Below are positions 49,922 to 59,244 of a DNA stretch of 64,000 nucleotides, one piece after another. The first letter of the stretch is position 1. Every line of letters starts with the position of its first letter. Both the position numbers and the translations under genes were made by a program. The notes beneath the pieces are model-generated. The model saw only the letters and a list, made by a program, of their open reading frames with translations, made no database searches and was not told the origin of the DNA. The stretch comes from an uncultured bacterium (GTDB lineage: Bacteria; Krumholzibacteriota; Krumholzibacteriia; JACNKJ01): contig CAYNQX010000002.1 of assembly GCA_964399495.1 (NCBI GenBank), forward strand, positions 92,051 to 156,050. The letters run 5' to 3'.

Positions 49922-51301
49922 ATGGAAATGAAGATCCAACTGAAGCTGGCCCAGAAGCAGCAACTGGTGATGACGCCCCGCCTCCAGCAGGCGCTGCGGC
50001 TCCTCCAGTTGCCGACGCTCGAGCTCGAGCAGGAGCTGAAGATGGAGGTGCAGTCCAACCCTCTCCTCGAGATCGAGGAGGAGGAGGAGGACCTCGACCG
50101 CCTTCAGAGCGAACGCAGCGACGAGCCCCAGGCGGGCAACCTCGACAACTGGGACGACGTCTTCAGCGACGGCTTCGACATGCAGTACCGGGAGCAGGAG
50201 GAGCTTCCCGAGGAGTTCGTGGAGCGCGTGCCCGTGAGCCGTCAGTCCGCGAGCGAGAATCTCCTGCGGCAGCTGCGGATGTCCGTGGCCGGCGACGAAC
50301 TCCAGACCATCGGCGAGTACATCATCGGCAGCCTCGACGACCGCGGCTTCCTGACCGTCGGTCTCGAGGAGATCCAGAACGTGTTCCAGGTGGGCGAGGC
50401 CCGCGCGCTGGAGGCTCTCCAGTGCGTCCAGAGTCTCGATCCCCCGGGCATCGCCGCCCGCGACCTGCCCGAGTGCCTGCTCCTGCAGTTGAAGGCCAAG
50501 GGGATGGAGGACAGCCTCGTGGCCGTCATCATCCGCGACTACTTCAAGGAGCTGATGCAGCGCAAGTACCAGGAGATCGCCCGCAAGCTCAAGCTCGGCG
50601 TGGAGGATATCCAGGAGGCCGCTCACGCCATCGGCGAGCTCGACCCGAAGCCCGGCCTGGAGCTCTCCAGCGAGGAGCCCCAGTACATCATTCCCGATCT
50701 CGTGGTGGAAGAGGTGGACGGCGAGTACGTCATCTACCTGAACGACCGGCATCTGCCGCGCCTGCGCATCGCCGAGAGCTACAAGGAGTACATCAGCTCA
50801 GACTCCAAGGACACCAAGGAGTACGTGCAGGGCAAGTTGAACCAGGCCCAGTGGCTGATCCGCACCGTCGAGCAGCGACGGGCGACCATGGTGAAGGTGA
50901 TGGCCGCCATCATCGAGGAGCAGCACGAGTTCTTCGACAAGGGCCCCCAGGCCCTGCGGCCGCTGACCCTGCAGCAGGTGGCCAGCAAGATCGGCATGCA
51001 CGAGTCCACCGTGAGCCGCGTCACCAACAACAAGGCCGTGCAGACGCCCCGCGGCATCTTCCGCCTGAAGTACTTCTTCTCGTCGTCGCTCAGCACGGAG
51101 GACGGCGAAGAGGTGAGCGCCAAGGCCGCCAAGAATCGTATCGAGGAGATCGTCTCCAAGGAGAACTCCAAGAAGCCCCTCAGCGATCAGAAGATCGCCG
51201 ACATCCTGCGCGAGGAGGGGCTCAAGATCGCCCGCCGCACCGTGGCTAAATACCGGGAGCAGCTGGGCATCCTGCCCGCTCGCCTGCGCAAGGAGTTTTA
51301 G
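49922..51301 (+). CDS. rpoN: RNA polymerase sigma-54 factor
   Basis: N-terminal Gln/Leu-rich region I; RpoN box ARRTVAKYRE near the C-terminus. Confidence 0.95.
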   Translation: MEMKIQLKLAQKQQLVMTPRLQQALRLLQLPTLELEQELKMEVQSNPLLEIEEEEEDLDRLQSERSDEPQAGNLDNWDDVFSDGFDMQYREQEELPEEFVERVPVSRQSASENLLRQLRMSVAGDELQTIGEYIIGSLDDRGFLTVGLEEIQNVFQVGEARALEALQCVQSLDPPGIAARDLPECLLLQLKAKGMEDSLVAVIIRDYFKELMQRKYQEIARKLKLGVEDIQEAAHAIGELDPKPGLELSSEEPQYIIPDLVVEEVDGEYVIYLNDRHLPRLRIAESYKEYISSDSKDTKEYVQGKLNQAQWLIRTVEQRRATMVKVMAAIIEEQHEFFDKGPQALRPLTLQQVASKIGMHESTVSRVTNNKAVQTPRGIFRLKYFFSSSLSTEDGEEVSAKAAKNRIEEIVSKENSKKPLSDQKIADILREEGLKIARRTVAKYREQLGILPARLRKEF

Positions 51302-51487
51302 TCCCTTGCCCATGCGAGAGGGCGCTGCTATGGTGAATATGAGGCCCGCGTCATTCCCCTGTGGGCCACCTTACGGGAGGCGTATTTGCCCGAGAGCATC
51401 CTGCAGCGCAGTCGGTACTTGCCAGAATTCCTATCGTGTTTCACCCCCGGCTTTCGGTCGGGTTTTCTTTTGCTCTGAAAGGAGTGG

Positions 51488-52054
51488 ATGATGCAGATTA
51501 CCGTCACCGCCAAGAAGATGGACCTCACCCCCGCCATCCGCAGCTACGCCGAGGAGAAGATCGGCCGCTTGGAGAAGTACTTCGACGGTATTATGGAAGC
51601 GCACATCCTGCTGAGAGTCGAGCGACATCGACACATCGCCGAGGCCACGCTCCACGCCGCCCACGCCGATTTCACGGGCAAGGAGAACAACGAAGACCTC
51701 TACGCGGCGATCGATCGTCTCTCGGACAAGCTCGAGGCCCAGGTTCGCAAGTACAAGACCCGCAGCATGAAGAGCCGTCGCGGTCGCGGCCGCGCCGCCG
51801 CGAGCATCGAGGCGATGAAGGACATGGGCACCATCACCTACTTCGGCGAGGTCATCACCGAGACCGAAGAGGATCTGCCCCTGGTCAAGGAGAAGTTCAT
51901 CCACCTCGATCAGCTGGAAGCTTCCGAGGCGATCAGCCGCATGGAGGTGCACGGCGACAATTTCTGGGTGTACGCCGACAAGGAGCACGGCGACCTCTGC
52001 GTGGTCTACCGCCGCAAGGTGGGGGGCTACGGCCTGATCCGCTCCGAGGATTAG
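51488..52054 (+). CDS. hpf: ribosome hibernation promoting factor (long form)
   Basis: N-terminal RaiA/HPF domain (MQITVTAKKMDLTPAIRSYAEEKIGRLEKYF) plus a C-terminal dimerisation domain. Confidence 0.9.
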   Translation: MMQITVTAKKMDLTPAIRSYAEEKIGRLEKYFDGIMEAHILLRVERHRHIAEATLHAAHADFTGKENNEDLYAAIDRLSDKLEAQVRKYKTRSMKSRRGRGRAAASIEAMKDMGTITYFGEVITETEEDLPLVKEKFIHLDQLEASEAISRMEVHGDNFWVYADKEHGDLCVVYRRKVGGYGLIRSED

Positions 52055-52064
52055 CGAGGCCGGC

Positions 52065-53048
52065 GTGGAGATCGTCAATCGCAGCCTTCCCGTCGAGAAG
52101 TTCTTCCAGGAGGCCGCCGAGCTGCTCGAACTGCAGCTCGGCGGCGAATCCGTGGTGTCCGCGACGGACATCACCGTGCCCGAGCTGAACCGGCCGGGAT
52201 TCGTCCTCACGGGATTCACGGAGAAGTACCAGTCCAAGCGGGTGCAGATTCTCGGCGGCGCCGAGTTCAGCTACCTGGAGCGGCTCCCGGCCAAGGTGCG
52301 CGACTCCGCGATCGGGCATCTGTTCACCAAGCCGACGCCCTGCTTCGTCGTGACCCGCGGCCAGGAGCCGATGCCGGAACTGCTCGCGCTCTGCGCCGAG
52401 AAGGGCGTTCCGCTGCTCCGCACCAACATGAGCACCACTCCCTTCATACGGGCGCTGAACGCCTACCTGGAGGACTTCTTCTCGCCGCGGGGCAACGTCC
52501 ACGGTTCGCTCGCCGACGTCTACGGCGTCGGCCTGCTCTTCACGGGCCCCAGCGGCATCGGCAAGAGCGAGATCGTCCTCGATCTGGTGGAGCGCGGCCA
52601 CCGGCTCGTGGCCGACGACGTCGTGCAGCTGCTGCGCCGGGGCGACACGCTCATCGGCCGCGGCAACGACTTCCTCAAGCACTTCATGGAGATCCGCGGC
52701 GTGGGCGTGGTGGACGTGCGCGAGATGTTCGGCATCCGCGCCATCCGCGTGCAGAAGCGGATCGAGGTGGAGGTGCGCCTCGAGCGCTGGCAGGAGGGCA
52801 AGCACTACGACCGGGTGGGGCTGGAGTACGAGACCAGCGCCATCCTCGGCGTGCCGATTCCCCACGTGGTCCTGCCGATCGTGCCGGGGAAGAACGTCAC
52901 GGTGATCGCCGAGACCATCGCCATGAACCACATGCTGAAGGTCTACGGACTCAGCCCGGCCGAGCGCTTCAACCGGCAGATCATGGAGGATCTGGCCCGC
53001 CAGAACGAGGCCCGCGTGTTCCACTACCTCCAGGACGACGAGGAGTGA
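52065..53048 (+). CDS. hprK: HPr kinase/phosphorylase
   Basis: Walker A GPSGIGKSE; HprK C-terminal signature …LVADDVVQL…; GTG start with RBS GCGAGG. Confidence 0.9.
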   Translation: MEIVNRSLPVEKFFQEAAELLELQLGGESVVSATDITVPELNRPGFVLTGFTEKYQSKRVQILGGAEFSYLERLPAKVRDSAIGHLFTKPTPCFVVTRGQEPMPELLALCAEKGVPLLRTNMSTTPFIRALNAYLEDFFSPRGNVHGSLADVYGVGLLFTGPSGIGKSEIVLDLVERGHRLVADDVVQLLRRGDTLIGRGNDFLKHFMEIRGVGVVDVREMFGIRAIRVQKRIEVEVRLERWQEGKHYDRVGLEYETSAILGVPIPHVVLPIVPGKNVTVIAETIAMNHMLKVYGLSPAERFNRQIMEDLARQNEARVFHYLQDDEE

Positions 53049-53118
53049 GGAAAGGCGCTTGACTTGAGCCCTGCCGGGCCGGACAATCCCGCCTCGATAC
53101 CCGGCCCCGGAGCGCGAA

Positions 53119-53508
53119 ATGATCCCGGCACTCATCGTCTGTCATGGCCAGCTCGGCCAGGCCTTCCAGGAGGCCCTGGCGGGAATCTACGGCGAACTCG
53201 ACGGCATCGAGTCCCTGTCCAACGACGGCCTCTCGGCCGCGGCCCTGGAAGAGGCCGTGATCGAGCGCATCGAGGCCATGGGCGGGCGGGGCGTGATCTT
53301 CACCGACTACTTCGGGGGGAGCTGCGCCACGGCCTGCCTGGGACAGCTGTCGAAGTGGCCCGGTCTGTACCTGGTCAGCGGCGTGAACCTGCCGACCCTG
53401 CTCTACTACCTGGCGCATCGCCTTGAGCTGGAGCCGGAGGCCCTGGTGCGCGGCATCGTCCATCGGGGACAGAACTCGGTGCGCGAACTGCTGCCTCCCG
53501 GACTCTAG
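53119..53508 (+). CDS. PTS mannose/fructose-family EIIA component (stand-alone)
   Basis: 129 aa; MIPALIVCHGQLG with phosphorylatable His at position 9; EIIA-Man fold pattern. Confidence 0.75.
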   Translation: MIPALIVCHGQLGQAFQEALAGIYGELDGIESLSNDGLSAAALEEAVIERIEAMGGRGVIFTDYFGGSCATACLGQLSKWPGLYLVSGVNLPTLLYYLAHRLELEPEALVRGIVHRGQNSVRELLPPGL

Positions 53509-53534
53509 CGAATCGACGAGGGACGAGGGGCGCA

Positions 53535-53990
53535 GTGGACCTGCATCTGGACGACCGCCTCCTGCACGGACGCATCCTGCACGGCTGGGGAACCCGGCTG
53601 ACGCCGAGCCGATACGTGCTCGTCTCGGAGCGACTGGTCGACGAGGCCGCGCGGGAGTCGTACCGGATGGGCGCGGAGAGCGCGGGCGCGGAACTGCTCT
53701 GCCTGCGCAGCGGCGAGGACGCGCCGCCCGAGCCGCGATCCGGGGAGTTCTGGCTCACCGACGCGCCGGAGACCGCGCTCTGGTTGCGCCAGTGCGGAGT
53801 GGCCGTGGAGCGACTGCTGCTGATCGGCCTGCGCGACGCCGAGGGACGCGAGTTGCCCGGCGACTACCGCGTGAGCGCGTCGCATCTGTCCGGCCTGAAG
53901 CGGCTGGAGGAGCTGGGCGTCGCGGTGCTGCTGCAGCCCTTCCCCACGGAAGCGCCGCGAGTCCTGGCCGACGTCCTGAACATCGACTGA
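53535..53990 (+). CDS. PTS mannose/sorbose-family EIIB-like component (stand-alone)
   Basis: LHLDDRLLHGRI resembles the EIIB-Man phosphorylation site RIDDRLIHGQV; 151 aa; GTG start with RBS. Confidence 0.6.
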   Translation: MDLHLDDRLLHGRILHGWGTRLTPSRYVLVSERLVDEAARESYRMGAESAGAELLCLRSGEDAPPEPRSGEFWLTDAPETALWLRQCGVAVERLLLIGLRDAEGRELPGDYRVSASHLSGLKRLEELGVAVLLQPFPTEAPRVLADVLNID

Positions 53991-54009
53991 AGGAACGGAA
54001 CAGAGAAGC

Positions 54010-56091
54010 ATGTCGACACTCATCCTGGGCATCCACAACCACCAGCCGGTGGGCAACTTCGATCACGTGATCGCGGACGCGCACGAGCGCGCCTACCTGC
54101 CCTACCTGGAGACCCTCGAACGTCACCCGAACGTGCGCTGCGCGGTGCACGTGTCCGGCCCGCTCTACGAGTGGCACAAGCGCCAGACGCCGGAATACCT
54201 CGAGCGCCTGGCCGCCCTCGTGACCCGCGGTCAGGTGGAGATGGTGGGCGGCGGTTTCTGGGAGCCGATCCTGGCGGTGCTGCCCGAGCGCGACCAGCAC
54301 GCCCAGATCGAGAAGATGTGCCTCGAGCTGGAGTCCCGCTTCGGCAGGCGTCCGCGCGGACTCTGGCTGGCCGAGCGGATCTGGGAGCCCCATCTGCCGC
54401 GGATCCTGGCCGAGCACGGCCTCGACTGGGTGGCCCTCGACGACGGCCACTTCGTCTCCACCGGTTTCACGCCGGAGCAGCTGCGGGGCTATTACCTCAC
54501 CGAGGAGGGCGGGCAGCCCCTGGCCGTCTTCCCCATTTCCATGCGCCTGCGCTATCTCGTGCCCTTCCACCCCGTGGAAAAGGTCACGGCGCACCTGGCC
54601 TCCCTCGACGACGGCCTCGGCGTGCTCATGGACGACGGCGAGAAGTTCGGCGTCTGGAGCTCCACGAATCAGCTCTGCTACGGCGAAGGCTATCTGGAGC
54701 GCCTGTTCGCGGCTCTGGAGCGGGATCCCGAGATCTCACTCGGCGGCTTCTCCGACTACCTCGACGGGCACGCCCCCCTGGGCACCGCCTACCTGCCCAC
54801 GGCCAGCTATACCGAGATGGGGGAGTGGGCCCTGCCGGCCTCGGCGCAGGCGCGCGTCCATCAGCTCGGGGCCCTGGCCAAGGACACCGACCCGGCGCTG
54901 GAGCCCTTCGTGCGCGGCGGCTTCTGGCGGAACTTCTTCGTGAAGTACGAGGAGAGCCACTGGATGCACAAGCGCATGCTCTGGACCGGCCGCAACATCG
55001 CCCGGGCGGCCGCCGCCGGCGCCGACGCCGCGGTCGTGGCCGAAGCCGAGGACCTGATGCGGCAGGCCCAGTGCAACTGCGGCTACTGGCACGGCCTCTT
55101 CGGCGGCCTCTACCTGCCGCACCTGCGCCAGGCGATCTTCGAGCGCCTGGTGAAGGCCGACACGCTGCTGCCCGCTCCCGACTACGAGCTGACGCGCGAG
55201 GACATCGACCTGGACGGCGCCGACGAGCTCATCTGGAAGAGCCCCGTCGCCCGCCTGTTCATCAAGCCGCGTGGCGGCGTCGTGCGGGAGCTCGACTACC
55301 TGGAACGTCCCTTCCCCTTCAGCAACGTCCTGAGCCGGCGCGAGGAGACCTACCACGAGCAGCTCCGCGAGCTGGCGCGCAAGGGCGCCGAGCGGGAGGG
55401 TGAGGGCGAGGGCGCCAAGAGCATCCACGAGATCGTCACCGCCAAGGAGGAGGGGCTCGAGGACTACCTGGTCTACGATCCCCATCCGCGCGCGAGCCTG
55501 GAGGAGAGGCTCTACCCCGCCGACGCCGAGGAGCTCTCCTACTGCCGGGGCTGGCTGGACTTCTCGACCCTGGAGTTCGACGTCGACGCGCCGGCCGACC
55601 CGTCGGGCGAGCTCCGTCTGACCGCGAGCACGGAGTTCGAGCCGGGACGGAGCCTGACCCTCGAGAAGCGTCTGCGTTGGGAAGACGACGGGCGCGCCCT
55701 CGCCGTCGAGCTGCATCTCGCCTACGCCGGCGCCGGCCGGCTCCAGGCGCGTTTCGCCTCGGGGTGGAACATCAACCTTCTGGCGCCCGACGCGCCGGAC
55801 CGCCGGGTGCTCGTGGACGGCGAGCCCGCCGCGGATCCCATCCTCCGCAGCGCGGGGAGCGAGCGGGGAGACCGTCTGGAGTTCCGGGACGAGTGGAGCG
55901 GTGTGAGCATCGCCCTTGCCGGGAACGATCTGTCGTTTTATCGTGAGCCGATCGAAACCGTCAGCCTGTCGGAGGCCGGTTTCGAGCGCGTCTATCAGGG
56001 CTCATGGCTCTGCGCCGGCCTCGGAGTCGATCTGGCCGACGGAGACTCGGCCTGCCTCCGATACCGCGTGGAACTGTCTCCGGCTGGATAG
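54010..56091 (+). CDS. glycoside hydrolase family 57 alpha-glucan-active enzyme (amylase / 4-alpha-glucanotransferase / branching-enzyme family) with a C-terminal extension
   Basis: N-terminal LILGIHNHQPVGNF (GH57 HQP motif); conserved WLAERIW and …MDDGEKFG… blocks; 693 aa. Confidence 0.85.
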   Translation: MSTLILGIHNHQPVGNFDHVIADAHERAYLPYLETLERHPNVRCAVHVSGPLYEWHKRQTPEYLERLAALVTRGQVEMVGGGFWEPILAVLPERDQHAQIEKMCLELESRFGRRPRGLWLAERIWEPHLPRILAEHGLDWVALDDGHFVSTGFTPEQLRGYYLTEEGGQPLAVFPISMRLRYLVPFHPVEKVTAHLASLDDGLGVLMDDGEKFGVWSSTNQLCYGEGYLERLFAALERDPEISLGGFSDYLDGHAPLGTAYLPTASYTEMGEWALPASAQARVHQLGALAKDTDPALEPFVRGGFWRNFFVKYEESHWMHKRMLWTGRNIARAAAAGADAAVVAEAEDLMRQAQCNCGYWHGLFGGLYLPHLRQAIFERLVKADTLLPAPDYELTREDIDLDGADELIWKSPVARLFIKPRGGVVRELDYLERPFPFSNVLSRREETYHEQLRELARKGAEREGEGEGAKSIHEIVTAKEEGLEDYLVYDPHPRASLEERLYPADAEELSYCRGWLDFSTLEFDVDAPADPSGELRLTASTEFEPGRSLTLEKRLRWEDDGRALAVELHLAYAGAGRLQARFASGWNINLLAPDAPDRRVLVDGEPAADPILRSAGSERGDRLEFRDEWSGVSIALAGNDLSFYREPIETVSLSEAGFERVYQGSWLCAGLGVDLADGDSACLRYRVELSPAG

Positions 56092-56112
56092 CCGGACTAG
56101 GAAGGAGCGGTC

Positions 56113-56385
56113 TTGCAAGAGCGGGAACTGGACGTCGTCAACGCCAAGGGTCTTCACCTGCGTGCGGCCAGCGAACTGGTGAAGCTCACCAGCTCGATGG
56201 AGTGCAAGGTCTCCCTGTCGAACGGGGTGATCGAGGTGGACGGCAAGAGCATCCTCGGCGTCGCCGCGCTCGGCGCGGCCAACGGCACCCGCGTGCGGGT
56301 GCGCTGCGAAGGCGAGGGCGAGGCGAACTCGCTAGAGCAGATCGCCGACCTCTTCGCGCGGGGATTCTACGAGGATGCGACCTGA
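56113..56385 (+). CDS. ptsH: phosphocarrier protein HPr
   Basis: GLHLRAAS with His15; KSILGV with Ser46; TTG start. Confidence 0.85.
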   Translation: MQERELDVVNAKGLHLRAASELVKLTSSMECKVSLSNGVIEVDGKSILGVAALGAANGTRVRVRCEGEGEANSLEQIADLFARGFYEDAT

Positions 56386-58162
56386 GCCTCCCGCATCCCG
56401 TCGTCTCCAGGGAAGGCCCGGAGCTCCGGGCATCGCCAGGGGAGCAGTGCTGGTCTACGATCAGCAGTTGCCCACCAGTGCGCCCAGGAAGATCACCAAG
56501 GCCAAGGTCGCCTCTGAGCTCAAGCGGCTGAACGCCGCGCTGAAGGCCACCGAGACGGAGATCCTCCAGGCCCGCCAGCGGGTGAGCCAGGAGCTGGGCG
56601 AGGACCACGCCCGCATCTTCGACGCCCACCGCTTCATCCTTATCGACGAGATGCTCACCGAACAGGCGCGCGAGATCATCCGCGACGGCTGGTGCGCCGA
56701 GACCGCCTACGCGGAGGCCTGCCAGCGGATCGTGCGCTCCTTCCAGAGTCTCGAGGGCGGCGGCCTGCCCGATCGCAGCGGCGACCTCCTCGACGTCGAG
56801 CGCCGCGTCCTGGCGCAGCTCCACGGCCGGAAGGGCGGGGGTTTCCGGAACCTCACCGAGCCGGTGGTGGTGGTGGCCCGGGACATCAGTCCCTCGGACA
56901 CGGCCACCATGAACCGGAAGAAGGTGCTGGGCTTCATCACCGAGCGGGGCGGCGAGACCAGCCACTCGGTGATCCTGGGCCGCAGCCTCGGGATTCCGGT
57001 GGTCGTGGGCGCCGACGGCCTCCTGGAGCACGTGCAGAACGGCGACCAGATCATGCTGGACGGCCACACGGGCCAGCTGGTGCTGCACCCGGACGACCAG
57101 GCCCAGGTGCAGTTCGACCGTCTGCGCGAGGCCTACGAGGAGCTCGAGCGCCAGAGCCTCCGCTACAAGGACTACCCCGCCGAGACCCGCGACGGCCGCC
57201 AGATCGAGCTGCTGGCCAACATCGAGCTTCCCGAAGAGGTGCCGGTGGCCGTGGAGCACGGTGCCGCCGGCGTGGGCCTGTTCCGCACGGAGTACCTGTT
57301 CCTGACCCAGGCCGAGTTCCCCGACGAGAAGGCCCAGACGAGGGCCTACACCAAGGTATTGAAGGGTCTGGCGCCCGATCCCGTGATCATCCGCAGCATG
57401 GACCTGGGCGGCGAAAAGGTGACGGCCGCGATGGGCTTTCCCAAGGAGGACAACCCCTCCCTCGGCTGGCGCGGCATCCGCTACGCGCTGGGCCGGGAGG
57501 ACCTGTTCCGCACCCAGCTCCGGGCGATCCTCCGCGCCGGCGTTCACGGCAACCTGCGCCTGATGGTGCCGATGGTCTCGCAGGTGGAGGAGATCCGCGA
57601 GGTGAAGCGGCTCCTGGCCGAGGTGAGCGCGGAGCTGAAGGCCGAAGGTCTGCCCTGCGTGGAGCAGTATCAGCTCGGCGTGATGGTGGAGACCCCGAGC
57701 GCGGTGGTGATCGCCCATCTCCTGGCCAAGGAGGTGGACTTCTTCAGCATCGGCACCAACGATCTGATCCAGTACTCCCTGGCCATCGATCGCGACAACC
57801 GCTACGTGCAGCATCTCTACGAGCCCTTCCACCCGGCGATCCTGCGCCAGATCAAACGCACCGTGAAGGCGGGCAAGGACGGCGGCTGCTGGGTGGGGAT
57901 CTGCGGCGAGCTGCCGGAGGATCCCCTGTTCGCGATACTCCTCATCGGCCTGGGCCTCGACGAGATCAGCGTGAATCCCTACCGGATTCCCGAGCTCAAG
58001 CGGATCATCCGCAACATCACCCACGACCAGGCCAAGAACCTCGTGAAGAGCGCATGGAGCTACGCGACCGCCACCGAGATCCGGCGCAACGTGGCGCGCC
58101 TGGCGATTCGCAAGTTCCCCGAACTCGAGGAATCCCTGCGCGGTCCGGGGAGCGCGAAATGA
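56375..58162 (+). CDS. ptsI: phosphoenolpyruvate-protein phosphotransferase (Enzyme I)
   Basis: …GGETSHSVILGRSLGIP… active-site His; PEP-utilising C-terminal domain …GICGELP…; start overlaps the ptsH end. Confidence 0.9.
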   Translation: MRPEPPASRRLQGRPGAPGIARGAVLVYDQQLPTSAPRKITKAKVASELKRLNAALKATETEILQARQRVSQELGEDHARIFDAHRFILIDEMLTEQAREIIRDGWCAETAYAEACQRIVRSFQSLEGGGLPDRSGDLLDVERRVLAQLHGRKGGGFRNLTEPVVVVARDISPSDTATMNRKKVLGFITERGGETSHSVILGRSLGIPVVVGADGLLEHVQNGDQIMLDGHTGQLVLHPDDQAQVQFDRLREAYEELERQSLRYKDYPAETRDGRQIELLANIELPEEVPVAVEHGAAGVGLFRTEYLFLTQAEFPDEKAQTRAYTKVLKGLAPDPVIIRSMDLGGEKVTAAMGFPKEDNPSLGWRGIRYALGREDLFRTQLRAILRAGVHGNLRLMVPMVSQVEEIREVKRLLAEVSAELKAEGLPCVEQYQLGVMVETPSAVVIAHLLAKEVDFFSIGTNDLIQYSLAIDRDNRYVQHLYEPFHPAILRQIKRTVKAGKDGGCWVGICGELPEDPLFAILLIGLGLDEISVNPYRIPELKRIIRNITHDQAKNLVKSAWSYATATEIRRNVARLAIRKFPELEESLRGPGSAK

Positions 58163-59244
58163 CGGACGACCGGACCATGCGCCTCGACGACGTCTCCGCC
58201 CTGGCGGCCGCGGATCCCGGCGGCATGCTGGCGAAGCTGGCGGCGTTCCCTGGCATGCTGAAGCGGGCGCGCCGGGAGAATCTGCCCGCCGCCTGGCCGG
58301 CCGAGGCGGTCGCAGCGCCCCGCCGTCTCCTGGTGGGGGGCATGGGCGGCAGCGCCATCGCCGGCGACGTACTGGCCGGCCTCTATACGGCGCTCGGTGC
58401 TCCGGTCGAGGTGAGTCCGGTGCGCGACTACCGTCTGCCTCCGGCCCGGCCCGGCGACCGCCTCGTCCTGTGCAGCTACTCGGGCAACACCGAGGAGGTA
58501 CTGAGCCTCTACGGCCAGGCGCGCGACGCGCGCATCGAGCCGATCCTGGTGAGCGCCGGCGGCCGCCTGGGCGAACTCGGCGACGCGGAGGGGCTGACTC
58601 GATTCGACCTGCCTCCGGGCTATCCGCCGCGCTCGGCGTTTCCCGCGCTGCTGGGCCGGCTCCTGGCCGTCGGCGAGGGTCTGGGGCTGCACGATTCCGA
58701 GGACGAGGCCCTCGACGCCACGCTGGCCGCGCTCGATGAGGTCGTCGACCGCTGCGCCCCGGAGCGTCCCCTCGAAAGTAATCCCGCCAAGGCCCTGGCC
58801 CTGCGGCTGGGCGACGCGCACCCCGTCTTCTGCTCCATGGCGCCCGCCTACGACGCGATCGGTCTCCGCCTGCGCTGCCAGGTCGAGGAGAACGCGGAGC
58901 GCGCGGCGTTCAGCCGGTCGCTGCCGGAGCTGCATCACAACAGCTGGGTGCCCTGGGCGGGCGACGACGCTCCCGGCCTGGCCGTCTGGATCGGAGCCGA
59001 GGACGCCCACTCCCGCGTCCTGCTGAGGCGGCGACTGAGCGACGAGATCCTGGCCGAGAAGGGCGAGAAGGCCCTCTCGATCGAGGCCTCCGGGCAGGCG
59101 CTGTTCACGCGGCTGTTGACAACCGTCCTTCTTGGGGACTACATGAGCGTCTACCACGCTCTGATGAGAGGGTTGGACCCGACCCCCGTGACGCCGCTGG
59201 GCGCCATGAAAGAGCGCCTCGCCGACCTGCAGGAGCATTCATGA
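58159..59244 (+). CDS. bifunctional phosphoglucose/phosphomannose isomerase family (SIS domain) protein
   Basis: ATG 58159 overlaps the ptsI stop (ATGA); SIS-domain pattern …LLVGGMGGSAIAGD…LVLCSYSGNTEE. Confidence 0.7.
   Translation: MTDDRTMRLDDVSALAAADPGGMLAKLAAFPGMLKRARRENLPAAWPAEAVAAPRRLLVGGMGGSAIAGDVLAGLYTALGAPVEVSPVRDYRLPPARPGDRLVLCSYSGNTEEVLSLYGQARDARIEPILVSAGGRLGELGDAEGLTRFDLPPGYPPRSAFPALLGRLLAVGEGLGLHDSEDEALDATLAALDEVVDRCAPERPLESNPAKALALRLGDAHPVFCSMAPAYDAIGLRLRCQVEENAERAAFSRSLPELHHNSWVPWAGDDAPGLAVWIGAEDAHSRVLLRRRLSDEILAEKGEKALSIEASGQALFTRLLTTVLLGDYMSVYHALMRGLDPTPVTPLGAMKERLADLQEHS

Noticed and set aside
51459-51474. Possible sigma-54 -24/-12 element (GG-N10-TTGC) upstream of hpf
   Set aside because: -24 region matches only the GG dinucleotide; too weak without experimental support
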